From: Amoebophrya sp. A120
Taxonomy: Eukaryota > Protista > Dinoflagellata
Length of the DNA stretch: 64,000 bases
NCBI GenBank assembly: GCA_905178155.1
Contig: CAJINV010000015.1
Span: 911,907 to 975,906, forward strand
Reading direction: 5' to 3'
In this document: piece by piece, positions 1 through 12,180 of the stretch
How the letters are laid out: each line of letters starts with the position of its first letter
How positions within the stretch are numbered: position 1 is the first letter of the stretch
Position numbers and translations under genes: made by a program
The notes under the pieces: model-generated
Databases searched by the model: none
What the model was told of the DNA's origin: nothing
What the model saw: the letters and a program-made list of their open reading frames with translations, nothing else

Positions 1-3000
1 GCAGGGCCGCGCTTTCGCCGCGCGGCTGGTTTGGCTTTCGCGCTGGTTAGATTTTCGCGCACGCATTTGGTTACCAATATCGCCCTCCGGGCGCGATCTT
101 CATAGTGCGCAGAGCCGGTCATCTCCAAGCTAGTATTCGTCGCAGGAGCCTGCTGAAGCTCAAGATGCCTCCTCAACTTCTCCAGCGACACTACGCGCCC
201 ATTGATGGGATAATTCTCCGCAAGACGTCCACTAGCCGCTCCGGCGTTCGCGATGTACTCATAGCAGACAGGCTTCACCAACAGCAGCACGTGGGCAAGA
301 CACTCTCGTCGTAGGTGAGACAGTTTCACGGCAAACGTATCAGATTCAGATGATCCTTCAGATACAGCTTTCGCCCCAAAAACTTGCAGCGCGTGGAAGA
401 GAAACTTGTTCAGTATAGCATCAGAGGCTCTCGTGGTCGCAGCTGCTAAATCGGAATCATCCTCGACGCCCGGTCTGCTCGTGCCGCCGTCGAGTGTAGT
501 TGGTAGCTCCTTTCGTTCGTACTGGTTCCGGAACCGCATTACTGTTTGAAAAAGCCACTTTTGCACACTGAAACCGGGTAGCTCGCTGTAGTCTGCGTGA
601 CTCGGAGGATGTTGTTCGCCAGTAGAATCCGCAGTTTCGGTTGCCACCCGCTGTGCGGCGTCTCGCAACATGTTTGTGGAGGTCTTTTTCTGTTGTCCTA
701 GTTTCAAAAACTTCTCAACGGCAAGCTTCACCAACACTGTCACTGCAGTTTCGACGTCAAAAAACTGAGCTCGCATCTGGTGCAAGTTCATCTTCTTCGT
801 CACCATTTTTCCGGACTGGAGCAGGCTAGTAGTACCTGAGAAGGGAACACCCGGTGCTCGTGGAGCTGGACTACTTCGCAACAAAACCGTGGTAACGAGC
901 AACTTCTTCCTGTAAGCGGAAGGCGGCTGTTTTCGACGGCGGGAAACCGGAGACTTAAGAGATGGTGCGTCGCCGCTCCTGCTAGCCCGTCTTGCATAGA
1001 AAACCGTTTGAAACTGCAGCACTAATTCGCGTGGCGCTCCCGGGTAGAAATTTTCCTTCTATCCTGAGCAAAAACGTACCCACACCAGAGTCAGGATGGG
1101 GATTTTGGAACACAAACCTAGGAGTTTTGTGAGTCACGCATGACAAGTTGCGCTCTGCAGTGTAGTGCAGGTTAGCAAGTGCAGCCGCGTCACAGATTCA
1201 TCTGCTCATCCTGTTCACAGCATCACAAATTCCAAAACCAAATTGGAAATGGCTCTCATGGGGATGCGCATTACAAGTCTTCCTGTCTTTGCAAATCTGC
1301 ATTACAACTCTGGTGTGGGTACGTTTTTACTCAGGATACCTTTTCGTTTTTATTCACGAGGAAACAGAAGGTCGTGGTAGGAAGCAAGGTGCCGAGGCGT
1401 CGGTATTGGAAACTGGTGGAGAAATTCGCCGTTTGTGATGCTGCTGTTGCACGTGCAAGAACAAGGTCAACATTAGTAGCGGCATGTTGTAATTGATCCG
1501 TTCTTCCCGTAGTTGTGGTCCTCCACAGTCGCTCCAATTGCAACTGTTGCTCCTTGTTGCAGCCAAGAAGCTTCGACTCCGCTTCTTGTCCGTCGTTTGC
1601 GAAATTGAGCAGGCCTCCTTGGAGCAACTGCGCAGCGTGGAATGAGGACTCTTCGACCTCCTGCATTTGCTGTCCCAAGAGTTGTGGGTCGTCCGATGAA
1701 TCACGACCACGGCTTCTACTGCTGATCATGCTCCTGCCGACACTTGATGTCACACCCCCATGATCATGACCTCCGATTGGTTCTTTCGTAAAAATTCTCC
1801 TTGTACACAGAACCTCCATCTTTGCGTCAAGGCCGATGCTGCTGTTGTCTTCACCGAACTCATCTTCGTCCGCTTCGTCATAAGCGGTGCGTGGCGTTCT
1901 TGTAACTCTTGCATCAGAACCTGCTGAAATCGTGGTACTTCCAGGTCGTCCATCGAGCAAAAGCATTTTCCTCACCGTCGCAACCCACGCGGTCAGGTCC
2001 TGCTGAAGGGAGAGGACGCCTCCAGTTGCGTCGACAAAGGGGCGGAGAGATTCGAGACCGAAAAAGTCTAAGTCGCTGCTGGCGGTTGTAGTTGCGCCGG
2101 AGCTGTCAGCTGCTGCATTGTCGAGGCCGTACACGTCGTACGTGATGTTGTCTTTGCTTTTTATCGGGCTGCTCTTTCTCGTCCTGGTGCCCTCCGCTGG
2201 TGACACAGAAATTCGTGGCTCCCTTCGCCGGCGACCCGCACCACCTGGCCCCACCGTACAGGGTCCCCGGGTGAGAAGGATGACGCGGCCACTGCTTGTC
2301 CCCGTGCTGGTTTTTGCAGCTTGACGACTACCACTACTTGCAGTTTCCGCTGCAGAACCGAGTAACAACAACTCCTCCGCAACCTGCAACGCCGTCCCGG
2401 TACAGCGCAAGGTCGTGACAGCACCTCCTGCACCGTCGCTTTTGTCCGGCTTGAGCGCGTGCTCGAGAAACCGGGTGAGAACGGGACGGGTCAGGGAAGA
2501 AGTTGCAGAACCAAAGCCCGCATCTTCATGCTCGGCAGCGGCGTCCTCGTCATTTTTTCCTCTGCATGACAAAAAGGGCTGCGCGTTGGCGGGCAGAACA
2601 TTTTTGTCACTCAATTCAAGGTCCTTGTCTCCCCGGATGAGGTGGCAGGCAGGAAAAATTGGAGCAGTTGGTGTGGTGTTATGAACTGCAAAAGTAACGC
2701 ATTAGTATAAAGAGCATCACAAATTCCCTCAGCATTAGAAATGGAATTTGTAATGCTGTTTTACCTTAAGAAAAGGATTCGTCATGCATAATTGCGATTT
2801 CTACGAGTACGATACTTTTGCACAGGATAGGTGTCAACAGCATGATCCGGTCGTGGTCGACTCCGGGTTCCTTTCTCCTCGTCCTCATACCCTCTCGCTG
2901 TTCCGTGCCGATCTGTGTCTGTCGTATTGTAAAAATGATTTTTCGCGGCTGTCGTGCCAACATCTCTCACTGCTTCGGCTTCCTCCTTGATGTGGCTGAA

Positions 3001-4279
3001 ATTACTAGCCCCGCCGTATGTTCTCAGCATCTCCCAAACCTTGACCGCACTGCCGAACGTCACCAAAGCAAGTTCGTAGTGATGAGAAGCAGGAGCATCT
3101 TCATCTTCCGATATCCAAGAAAAAACTGCGTAAGCGTAACTCTGTAATGGAGAACATGCAACAGAGTTACACCTGTCATGCCAGACAGCCATAAAATCCT
3201 CTTTTCCTGTGTGTTTTCCCTTACAATCCACGCATGACAGGCTTTCTCTGTCATGTAGAGCAAATTTGTGCTGCTGTCAACCAAAGAAAGTTACACCAAC
3301 ACAGTTTCTTTCTGGGATATCCGAGTCATCATCTTCTTCTTCAGTATCAACGCCACCATCTACTTCCACCCGATTCAACACAGACTTACTGTGCACCAGA
3401 TCGTGAAAGAACCGCCCGCATTTCTGTTGCAACTCTTTAAAGAATATCAAATGCAAAAATGTCTGGGTCTGGGAGATTGCAAGATTTGTCATGTTAGTCT
3501 GGCATGACTCTGAACTTTGTGTTGCATGGCCGCGAAGAGCTGCTCCTCCTCCCTGTCATGCAAAAACGCTGTTTGTCATGCGGAATACGCAACCCAGAAC
3601 CATGAAAAAAACTTGTCATGCTTGGCAGCACATCATAGCGAGTTCACAATTTCCTTTCTTGCATCACAAGTTTCCAGACCCAGACATATCTGCAATGCAT
3701 AAAGAAGGTTTTTTCCTCCAAATCCACGTGTAATTTCCTCGACTGGTTCTTCGCCACAGGGAACGCAGAAGTGTCGATGACGAAGACGATGCGGTGGACG
3801 TGTTGCATTTGGCCTTGTTGTTGTTCCTGAGGTCCTCGTGGTCGTGAAGATAATCTTCCCAAGAAAGGTTTGCTCTGCTGCCGGGCAACGACCTGCAACT
3901 CGTACTCGTTCGTTTCCGCAATGGCCGTAGCGGCGGCGAACTTCAAATTTGCATCGCTAGAAAGACTCCCGTACCGGACCAGAAGTTCGTTAATCGCGGG
4001 ATCGTAGTCATACGGGTTGACCTGCCCGCAAAAAGGACACTGCCACGAGTTGTCTTGTTGAACACCCTGCATGTGACCGTTCATCCGCACGATCAACGGA
4101 CTGAGGACCGCATTGCAGTTCCCGAAATTGGTGCAGGCAAAAGGTCTTTTCGTGAAGGAGGCGCCTGTGCTGGTTTCTGTTCCCCCCGGCCACAGCGGAG
4201 TGTAGAGACAAGCGAAGGGCAGCGGATCATTTTCCGGTGGGTAGCACGACCACGGGAAACGTACACGGCCGCCGTCCAT
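1..4279 (-). CDS. SEC23: Sec23-like COPII coat protein (divergent, 3' end runs off window; 4 introner introns)
   Basis: The spliced product has VRFPWSCYP..LPFACLYTPL, a zinc finger (C..C...WQCPFCGQVN), vWA/trunk motifs IVFVIDTS, LVTFGSAVKVWE, RCTGTALQVA and GRVILLTRGPCTVGPG, then LQFQTVF..LLVTT and FDVETAVTVLVKLAV. Introns at 3445-3701, 3112-3319, 2680-2829 and 1060-1338 (each plus one TSD) join in frame, and the frame stays open to base 1. The start codon is uncertain. Confidence 0.85.
1060..1338. mobile_element. introner, family D
   Basis: TIR TATCCTGAG(C/T)AAAAACGTACCCACACCAGAGT; flanks CCTTC/CCTTT; compatible with AG|GT..AG|G. Confidence 0.9.
2680..2829. mobile_element. introner, family B (~150 bp)
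   Basis: TAT..TGCAAAAGTA TIR; TSD GGTGT; in-frame join. Confidence 0.9.
3112..3319. mobile_element. introner, family C
   Basis: TIR TATCC.AGAAA..ACTG.GT..G.GTAACT; TSD TCCGA. Confidence 0.9.
3445..3701. mobile_element. introner, family A (~250-280 bp)
   Basis: TIR TAT....TGCA...ATGTCTGGGTCTGG; TSD AAGAA. Confidence 0.92.
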
Positions 4280-4869
4280 CTTTGGTTTTCGGAGCCGGAA
4301 ATCCGGCGTGGTCTGTAAGAAGTTGTAGACTCGCAATGATGAATAGCACTTCTTGCTCCTGCACTCTCAACTTTTAGTTTTATCTTCGTAACCAATCTTC
4401 ACTCGGTTGTTCATCCTGACTTCTTATTTGCTGTCCGCGACAAAAGGAGCCTCTTCAACTTCGGCATTCTTTTGCGACAAAATTTTTGTGCTTCAAGAGG
4501 TAAGGTACATCGTGTTGCATCAGGGCATGCAGGAGCTACATCGCTCCAAAGGTACTAAGTAGGCTTAGCGTCTTCACTATTCTGGCTACACTTCCCCGGA
4601 AAAAGTGTCTGGTCAAAGCAGCTCGGCACTATCACGACCGGACAGCGCTTTTCTTCCCAAGTTTGCCTTTTTGAAAAAGTATTCTACTTGTTCTTGTTGC
4701 TGTGCAATGTTGACAAATTTTAGTCTACTGCAGCCAGATCTTCATGATCAACATGGCCACGCAAAAATCAATTGGAAAGAAACTTTGGATCGGCAGTTGT
4801 AGACTAGATGTAGATGCAGAAAGTGAAAGAGAAACGACGTGCAGAAAACACAATCAACCCGAGGACTCG

Positions 4870-7216
4870 TCATATCTTCAACCTTTCCACAACCAAAAAC
4901 CTCCCATCCTCAAACCGGTTGTGCAACCTTTCCAAAATTTTTTCCGAGTCCTGCCGCGTATCGCACACCACGTAACCGAACCCGCAGTGACAGGTGTTGT
5001 TATCGTCGAATTGCAAAATCACCTTCAAATGTTTCTTCGTTGCCGGATTCGGGTTCCGCAAATTCATGAAAAACGCCTTGTTCGTCGGCGAAAACGAGCC
5101 AGCATTTATCGACACTAGCATCTGCTCTCGTTTCGGCGACCGCTCCCGAAAAGTTGAGGAAGACGCTTTCGATTGTTCCTGCAGATTATTCTGCGACGCA
5201 GAGGCGGAGTATTCTCCTCGTTGTTGTTGACTCGACGCAGACGCTGACGCTTTGTTCGCCGCTTTATTTTTCGCCTTTGCCTTCGCCTTGTTTTTCGCTT
5301 TCGCCGCTTTAGCCTTACCGGATTTTCCAGTTGATGCCGGCGTCGCGGTTGCAACAGCAGGATGATGATCTGCAGAAGAATTACTAGTACCAACTGCTGC
5401 TGCATTTCTTGCTACGGTAGAAAACGCAGTGGGTGGCGCTACGGCCGATGCGAGTTGAAAATTACTTCTTCTGGTAGTGGACGTCGATCCTGCTGCGCCA
5501 GGCGGTGGTAGCAGTAATGCCTCCAGGCATGCGTTCTCCAGCGTGATTGCGCTCCACGTGACCGGTATTCCGAAAACGAATAAGGAGCGAAACTGGGCGT
5601 TCAACCCCAGTTCGCTATTATTCCTCGGGTTGATCAACGTCGCTGGGCTCAGTTGGACCTTCTTCAAACTGGCGTGGTTTGGATCCTGCGCGGCGTGCGA
5701 CAGCATGCCGAGGACCGGTGGCATATCCTGTGCAAAAGTATCGTACTCGTATGAATGCATTACAAATTTCCTCAGCATGAGAAATGAAATTTGTAATGCT
5801 GATTTGCCTTAAAAGCAAGATTTGTAATGCATGTTTGCGATTACTACGAGTACGATACTTTTGCACAGGATATGGCAAAGCCCAGGTCGACTCGCCATTG
5901 AAGCAGTCGTAGTATTTATCACAGGAAAATAAAACTGTTTCACTGTAAACTTGTGATGCATAAAATGGAGCACAGAAGTATTTGTCTTGCTACACATGCA
6001 AGAAACTGGATTTTTAGCTGTGTTTTCCCTATAGGAAGCTTGCATGGCAAATTTTCTCTGTCATGTAGATCAAACTTGTGATGTGAAACCTGCAAAATCC
6101 TTACAGTGAAACACTTTTTTCATACGATAGTAGTAACTGGTCCCGTCGGGAGCGATGTGCTCGCTCCACTGTGCGTTGTAGATGAGTGGCGTTTTGAAGT
6201 CGTTCTGGGGGTTCACCGGGAAGCAAAACGAATTTCCGAGCTTGAATTTCGCCGCAGCTTGCTGCACCGCGAACCGGGAAGAAAGCTTCACAAAGGCCTG
6301 GTTGATGGTGGTTTTTTTACAGAGGTTCTACTTTTGCAAATCCGATTACGATTTCTTTCAGTGTGCATAATTACCAGGGGAAAAGAGTCTCTCTCGAAGC
6401 AAAACTAAGCTAGCAGAACCCCAAAAAAAAAGTTTACGTATCCGGGCGCCTTCAGTTCCGAGTCCAGCAGAGGTTTTTTGTTGAAGCTATTCGTGGCCAG
6501 CGAAATGTGCTCGACCTGGGAACCAGAAATCGACGTCATCAGCGGTATATCCTGTGCAAAAGTATCGTACTCGTATTGGTATTGCAGTTATGCATTATAA
6601 ATCTTTTCGTCAAGGTAAATCCACATCACAAGTTTTATTTCTCATGCTGAGAAAATTTGTAATGCATTTATACGAGTACGATACTTTTACTTTTGCAGTG
6701 CATACGGCACGATGTCCTGCGCCTGCCCGTTCTGTGGCCCCAGGTTGCAAATGTACAGCATGTTGCTGCCCTGGCGGCACCGGCTGAAGCTGTGAAGGGG
6801 GGGCTTTATCGCAAGAAAAAAGTGTTACAGTTACACATTGCGTTGCAGGCCAAGCAAGACAGACAAGCTCTGTCATGCCGGATATGCATAGGAGATTCGT
6901 TTTATAGGTGTTTTCCCGTAGGATTTCTGCATTACAAGTTCTCTCTCTCATGCAGAGAAATTTGTGTTGCTAAATTCACTACAAATGTGTAACTGTAACA
7001 CTTTTTTCGTGGGATAGGCTTGTTTTGTAGATTATTCGCGTTGAAAAATGCGGGGGAGGAGAGAATGGAACCGGACTGTTGGTTAACATTCTGCGGTCCA
7101 CCGTCCGGAACTGGAGCTTGCGCGTTGGGGTTCGGGAGACTCGGGGCGGTCGGGGGTGATTGGTCCATCGGAGGATGTTGGTGCGGACCGGGTCCGGACG
7201 GGGCCGCGGTAGACAT
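4870..7216 (-). CDS. RRM- and WW-domain RNA-binding protein
   Basis: Splicing rebuilds a WW domain (QWSEHIAPDGTSYYYDCFNGESTWALP), an RNP2-like MLYICNL and a C-terminal RRM (CHCGFGYVVC..LERLHNRFEDGRFLVVE). It has 4 introners plus one GT-AG intron (6328-6437). Confidence 0.8.
5724..5872. mobile_element. introner, family B
   Basis: Perfect TIR TATCCTGTGCAAAAGTATCGTACTCGTA; TSD TGGCA. Confidence 0.92.
5917..6129. mobile_element. introner, family E
   Basis: TIR ..AAAA.TGTTTCACTGTAA; flanks GTATT/GTAGT; splits the WW domain. Confidence 0.88.
6328..6437 (-). other. canonical GT-AG intron
   Basis: TAC|GTAAAC...AAGTAG|AAC joins in frame; no TIR seen. Confidence 0.65.
6548..6704. mobile_element. introner, family B
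   Basis: Flanks CGGTA/CGGCA; empty site in the paralogue near 7957. Confidence 0.92.
6807..7016. mobile_element. introner, family C
   Basis: TSD GGCTT; empty site in the paralogue near 8311. Confidence 0.92.
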
Positions 7217-7651
7217 CTTTATTTAGTGTCGTGGTTCTCGACTTCTAGGCTACTCAGTTACAGTTGCTGGTCGTGCGCAACAACGGCGTCTCTCGTCACT
7301 CTTCGTCTTGAACTTCGTGTTGAAGAAAAATTACATCTTTTTTCCGTCTTTTTGTTCGTGCTCTCATACACCAGCACCATCAGCACATACACAATATCCC
7401 GCTCCTTGATCTCGCTCACACAGCCTCTAGTATGCAAAATGCTACGCAGAGTTTTAGCAGCCACAACGCCCCTCACAGAAACCAAAGTCAAAAACAAAAC
7501 GAAGCAATGACGCTGGAGAAAGAACGACACAACAAACCTCCGCCATCGCCCAGGTATGATGTTGCACGGGTTCTCCTGTGCATCATTCAATTTTTTCGTT
7601 GTGAATCGTCGCCAGAAATATTATTTTGTTCTCAAGAAAACCATAGCACTT

Positions 7652-7717
7652 TCATCTATCATACACGTAGTTCTTCAGCATCTGCCCAGTATCAGCGTTT
7701 TCCGCTGACTCAACCAG
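7652..7717 (-). pseudogene. 66-bp duplicate of the 3' end of the 8961-10961 gene
   Basis: Near-identical to 8961-9026 (LVESAENADTGQMLKNYVYDR*). Confidence 0.85.
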
Positions 7718-7946
7718 GAAAAATGCCAGGTTTGTCATGCTCTGCTAGCATGACAGTCAAGTCTGTCATGCAGGGTTGTACCCAAAAGCGCCACTTTTGT
7801 GTCATGCAAAAACCCAGTTTCTCATGCAGAATAGGCAACACCTAGCGATTCCAAAACCTGTCATGCTGAGCCGTCATTTCTGGCGTTCTCTTGATTCGCC
7901 AACCAGCATCACAAGTTTCCAGACCCAGACATTTTTACATTTGATA
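7718..7946. mobile_element. truncated introner, family A (left TIR deleted)
   Basis: The right TIR is intact; the left end is fused to a gene fragment at 7717. Confidence 0.85.
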
Positions 7947-8507
7947 ACGTCATCAGCGGCACAATGTCCTGCGCCTGCCCGTTCTGCGGCCCGAGGTTGC
8001 AAATGTACAGCATGTTGCTGCCCTGGCGGCACTATCAAATGTAAAAATGTCTGGGTCTGGAAGGATGCATGTTTGTCATGCTTGTCTGGCATGACTCTTA
8101 AATCTGTCATGCACGTTGCCCAAGAGCAGCATTTTTCTGTCATGCGGAGACGCAATTTGTCATGCAGAATAGGCAACACCTACAAGCTCAGAAATTTGTC
8201 ATGCTGAGCCAGCACTTGAGGCCTCCTCATGCTACGCCACTCAGCATCACAAGGTTCCAGACCCAGACATTTTTACAGTTGATAGGCACCGGCTGAAACT
8301 GTGGAGGGGGGGCTTGTTTTGTAGATTATTGGCGTTGAACAGCGCGGGGGAATAGAGAATGGAGCCGGACTGTTGGTTCACATTTTCCGGTCCTGGACCT
8401 CGCGCTTCGTGCGCGTTGGGGTTCGGGAGACTCGGGGCGGTTGGGGGTGATTGGTCCATGGGGGGAGGTTGGTGCGGACCAGGAGGTCCGGGCGGAGCGG
8501 TAGACAT
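7947..8507 (-). pseudogene. 3'-truncated paralogue of the RRM/WW gene
   Basis: MSTAPPGPPGPHQPPPMDQSPPTAPSLPNPNA..NLQNKPPLHSFSRC matches the 7216 gene; it ends in a broken introner (7718-7946). Confidence 0.8.
8033..8284. mobile_element. introner, family A (252-bp subfamily)
   Basis: TSD GGCAC; empty site in the paralogue near 6776. Confidence 0.93.
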
Positions 8508-8960
8508 CTTGATTTAGTGTCGTGGCTAGTTGGTCGAGTTCTTCGTTCTCGACTTAGTCGAGAAAAGGCTACTCAGTTACAGTTGCTGCTCATGTGCAAC
8601 GGGGCCTCTCGTCGCTGGTCGGGGAAAAAAGATTGCATCTACTTTCCGTCTTTTTGTTCGTGCTCTCATACACCAGCTGCACCATCAGCACATACACGAC
8701 AATATGCCGCTCCTTGATCTCGCTCACACAACCTCTAGCGTGCAAAACACTACGCAGACTTTTAGCAGCCACAACGCCTCTGCTCGCAGAAACCAAAACC
8801 GAAAAGAAAACGAGACAGTAACGCTGGAGAGAGAACGACGCAACGAACCTCCGCCATCACCTAGGTATGTCGCACGGGTTCTACTGTGAATCATTCACAA
8901 CTTTTTTCGTTTTGAATCGTAAAACTTGAACTTCTCGAGAAAACCATGGCAGCTCTAGTA

Positions 8961-10961
8961 TCATCTATCATACACGTAGTTCTTCAGCATCTGGCCAGTA
9001 TCAGCGTTTTCCGCTGTCTCAACCAGTCCAAAAAACCAAAGGATTCTCAAAGCTCTGTCTTGCTCTATTTCGCCTTCCAGTTGTAAATGCGGGTTATCAT
9101 CATCTTCACTATGTGAAATTATATCACCAAGCTTCCGCTCTTCATGTAGTAATCCTGGCTCTCCTACGGCCGCCTCTGGGCTGATGGAGCCTCTTCCCGA
9201 AGGTTGAACAAGATTCTCCACAAGATAGCACTCCATCGCGTTCACCAGATGTTTTTCCAAAACCTTCGTCCACTCTGACAGAAACATCACGTTCAGATCT
9301 TTCACCGGTCTCCTCCTTTTCGCATTTTGCCGGAATTCCTCACCGTAGTTTAAATCCTCGAAAAGCTGCAGGAAGTCTGCGTCGGAGCGATGGAGTTTTA
9401 GGATTTTGGTTCTCGCTTTCCGGGAAGTTACAGTCGTACTACAAGCCTTGGAAAAGTTTGTTTGACCACCGGGTGTCGAGCCAACTTCGGAACAAGACGC
9501 GAGGAGTGCCGTGGCACCAGGGGCTTTGTTCTGCCGTGTCTGTATTTCCTGTTGTTTCTTGTTCAACAAATGGACCTGATTCGTACTGACCACGGGGGAG
9601 GCGGGGAACGACTGTGTAGTACCAGGTTGGTACATCGGCATGACAGCTTGTTCAGCTGCACGACGCGCCGACGAGTTTTGATGATGTACCACTTCGGACG
9701 GTGGGAAAACGAGCGGCTGAAGGTGCAGCTGGTCCACCTCTGAGTGTTGATCCAAGAAGAGCGGCTGCTCCTGCTCCTCATGCGTTGCATTAGCACGGTC
9801 CAACATTAGTAGATCCGAAGCTTGGTCGCTTGATGGTGCTTGGAGGTCTGTAGCGCTACGACTAACGAGTTGATTTCGGGGCGCATACCCACCTTGCTCC
9901 TGTTGCTGCATATTGTACACGTCCAGTATCTGCTCGCCACACGCCGCGCCTTCCTCCACCGGCGACACCTTCGAAATGTAAGCGGCCCGGGACGACAAAA
10001 CTCCGAACCCACTTGCTGCTCCGCCTGTCGAGGAATTTTTACTAGATGAGGTCGTCGACTGGCTGCTGGCTGGTCGGTGGTTTTTGACTGTATTAACTGA
10101 CCGTGTGGATTGGCTGCTCGCGGGTCGTGCGGCAGCCCAGAACTGGTGTGGGTGATTTAGATTCATCTCCTTGGTCTGGTGATTTACGTCCACGACCGGG
10201 TAGTTTTTGTCCACAGAAATAACTGTATTGCCACCCTTCGTTCCATTCAGCAGTCTGCTCGACGGCGCACGAGTTTCACCGTACCAAAAAATCATCTCCT
10301 CGTCAGGAACCTCCACTCGAACTTCAAACTCTGGCCAATGCGAGTGCCTGGTGTTTCGCACACTGTAGTTACCAGTGAGAGTCAGCTTGCGACCCGAAGT
10401 TGAGCTGGTAGTTGAGCCAATGCGGCCAGTAGAAACTTCTGCCGCGACCACCTCCGTCTGAGCACCGTTCGTGTGAGCAAGAATCTCGCTTCCCGTAAAA
10501 TTTCCCGCTGGATCAGACGGTACTACTTCCTTGGGCAGAAACTCTCTCAGTAGCTCGGCAACGAGGGCGTCAGTAAGAGTATTGCAGCTCCTTCTCGAGT
10601 GCCGGCGCTCTTCGTCCAATACAGCATTCAGCCATGGGTCACGCTCCTTCAATCGTGCACTGGTGTCTGTCGTTCTGGTGGCAAGCCGAACGTGAGAAGC
10701 CCCTGTAGTACTTCTCTTATTGGCAATGTTCGTGCTTGTAGTTCGCGTCGTGTAGGCTTTTTGATGCAGCGCAAACCCGTCCGCGCTCCGACTTCTCTTG
10801 GCGGCTGCTTCGTTTTTCCCGTTGGAAAAAAACGAACCTCGTCCTGTGCTGCGACCTCGTAGCTCATCTTCTGGGCGGAGGTCGGCCGGATTACGATGTT
10901 GCCGGCCTCCATGGGAAGTGGCCGACGAGGGAAGGAACCAACTGGATAACATCTTCGACAA
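8961..10961 (-). CDS. hypothetical protein, 666 aa, intronless
   Basis: Long ATG-initiated ORF with S/T/Q-rich low complexity; no family recognised. Confidence 0.75.
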   Translation of the reverse strand: MSKMLSSWFLPSSATSHGGRQHRNPADLRPEDELRGRSTGRGSFFSNGKNEAAAKRSRSADGFALHQKAYTTRTTSTNIANKRSTTGASHVRLATRTTDTSARLKERDPWLNAVLDEERRHSRRSCNTLTDALVAELLREFLPKEVVPSDPAGNFTGSEILAHTNGAQTEVVAAEVSTGRIGSTTSSTSGRKLTLTGNYSVRNTRHSHWPEFEVRVEVPDEEMIFWYGETRAPSSRLLNGTKGGNTVISVDKNYPVVDVNHQTKEMNLNHPHQFWAAARPASSQSTRSVNTVKNHRPASSQSTTSSSKNSSTGGAASGFGVLSSRAAYISKVSPVEEGAACGEQILDVYNMQQQEQGGYAPRNQLVSRSATDLQAPSSDQASDLLMLDRANATHEEQEQPLFLDQHSEVDQLHLQPLVFPPSEVVHHQNSSARRAAEQAVMPMYQPGTTQSFPASPVVSTNQVHLLNKKQQEIQTRQNKAPGATALLASCSEVGSTPGGQTNFSKACSTTVTSRKARTKILKLHRSDADFLQLFEDLNYGEEFRQNAKRRRPVKDLNVMFLSEWTKVLEKHLVNAMECYLVENLVQPSGRGSISPEAAVGEPGLLHEERKLGDIISHSEDDDNPHLQLEGEIEQDRALRILWFFGLVETAENADTGQMLKNYVYDR

Positions 10962-12180
10962 TCACAATACCGCGCTTGTGTGCGTTTTTACCTATGTCTA
11001 GAAGTCCGTCATAGCAAGACAAAGGGTGCTGGCGGCCAATCGACTTTTGCAACAGCTGCTTTGTACAACTACACGAGCTATGTTTCTTATACAAAACTTC
11101 TATTTGTATTTGTTCGCCTCGTTACGAACTACGTGTTGGACGGGGGAGAAAGGTTCGGGACATGGAGAACTGAGACCTCAATCTGAGCCTGGAGGAGGGT
11201 ACCGTCGCAATATATAACGCGATTGATAAAGCAAAAACCTTCCTTCGCTCGTACGACAGGTTGCTGTTTTTTTACCGCTCAAATGCCGCGGGGCATCAAG
11301 CAGGAATGTCTATAAACTGCTCTCTCTCTCTCTCCTTCCCTCCTCATGTCTGGGTCTGAAGAGTCGACGAAGATCTAGATCAAACATAGAACAACACTCA
11401 AGTCTACTGCTGCTCACCAGGAACAAGAGCTACATGCTTCGTGCTCTAGTAGCCGGTCCGTCATGTTGGCCTTTCTTGTGAGTGGTCTCTATCAAGAGCA
11501 GTGTCCTTATGCTTGTATGCTAATTGCCCAGCTTGTATGCAGTCATTTTTCATTTTCGCATCTCCACGTGCGTGCAACAAGCGGCTACTCCGGCCAGGAC
11601 AACGAGCATAGATACGGTCCGAGCTTATTGCTCCAGCTCCTATGCAGCTTTCATCTTCTTATTTACAACGACAATGCTTTCTTATCTTGATCTTCAAAAA
11701 TTCTCGAAGAAGATTATATATGAAGTTGAACTTGAAGGGGCTTATTTTATCCTACAAAAATCCTTCGTATCAGATGTCTAGTAATGCTACTTCATGTAGT
11801 AGTGGTTCTTTCCACAATAGACAGTCGATGGAGCTACCTACAACAAAATTTGTTCAATCAAAGGAGGTTAACTGAAACGTACAATTTTCCATTCGGTGAT
11901 ACCATCAAGACAGTGGCCTCCTATCAGAAAAATTCTTCTGCTGAAGGTCGGGTCCACTACAGTTAACGTCTCATTATTTCTCTTTCTTTATCAACAAAAA
12001 TGCCACTTATAATGTGGAGCGATTGCGATATTTATATCAAACCACATCTTCGTGCTGTTGTCAACATGCCGTACGCCACCAGACGAGGACAAAACTTCGC
12101 CTAGTGCAAAAGGGTTCGTACGGCGCATGTTTTTTTCTTCTATCGGCTAGCTTGAGCCAAACACGAATCCCTGCACCTGC

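Larger units (their letters stand above)
6533..9026. repeat. diverged tandem segmental duplication (6533-7717 vs 7947-9026)
   Basis: The two segments share the 5' part of the RRM/WW gene, the intergenic spacer and the last 66 bp of the 8961-10961 gene. Confidence 0.9.

Noticed and set aside
12151-12161. TTTGGCTCAAG (3' half of the SL) on the minus strand
   Set aside because: Only 11 nt, just downstream of a stop codon; could be chance.
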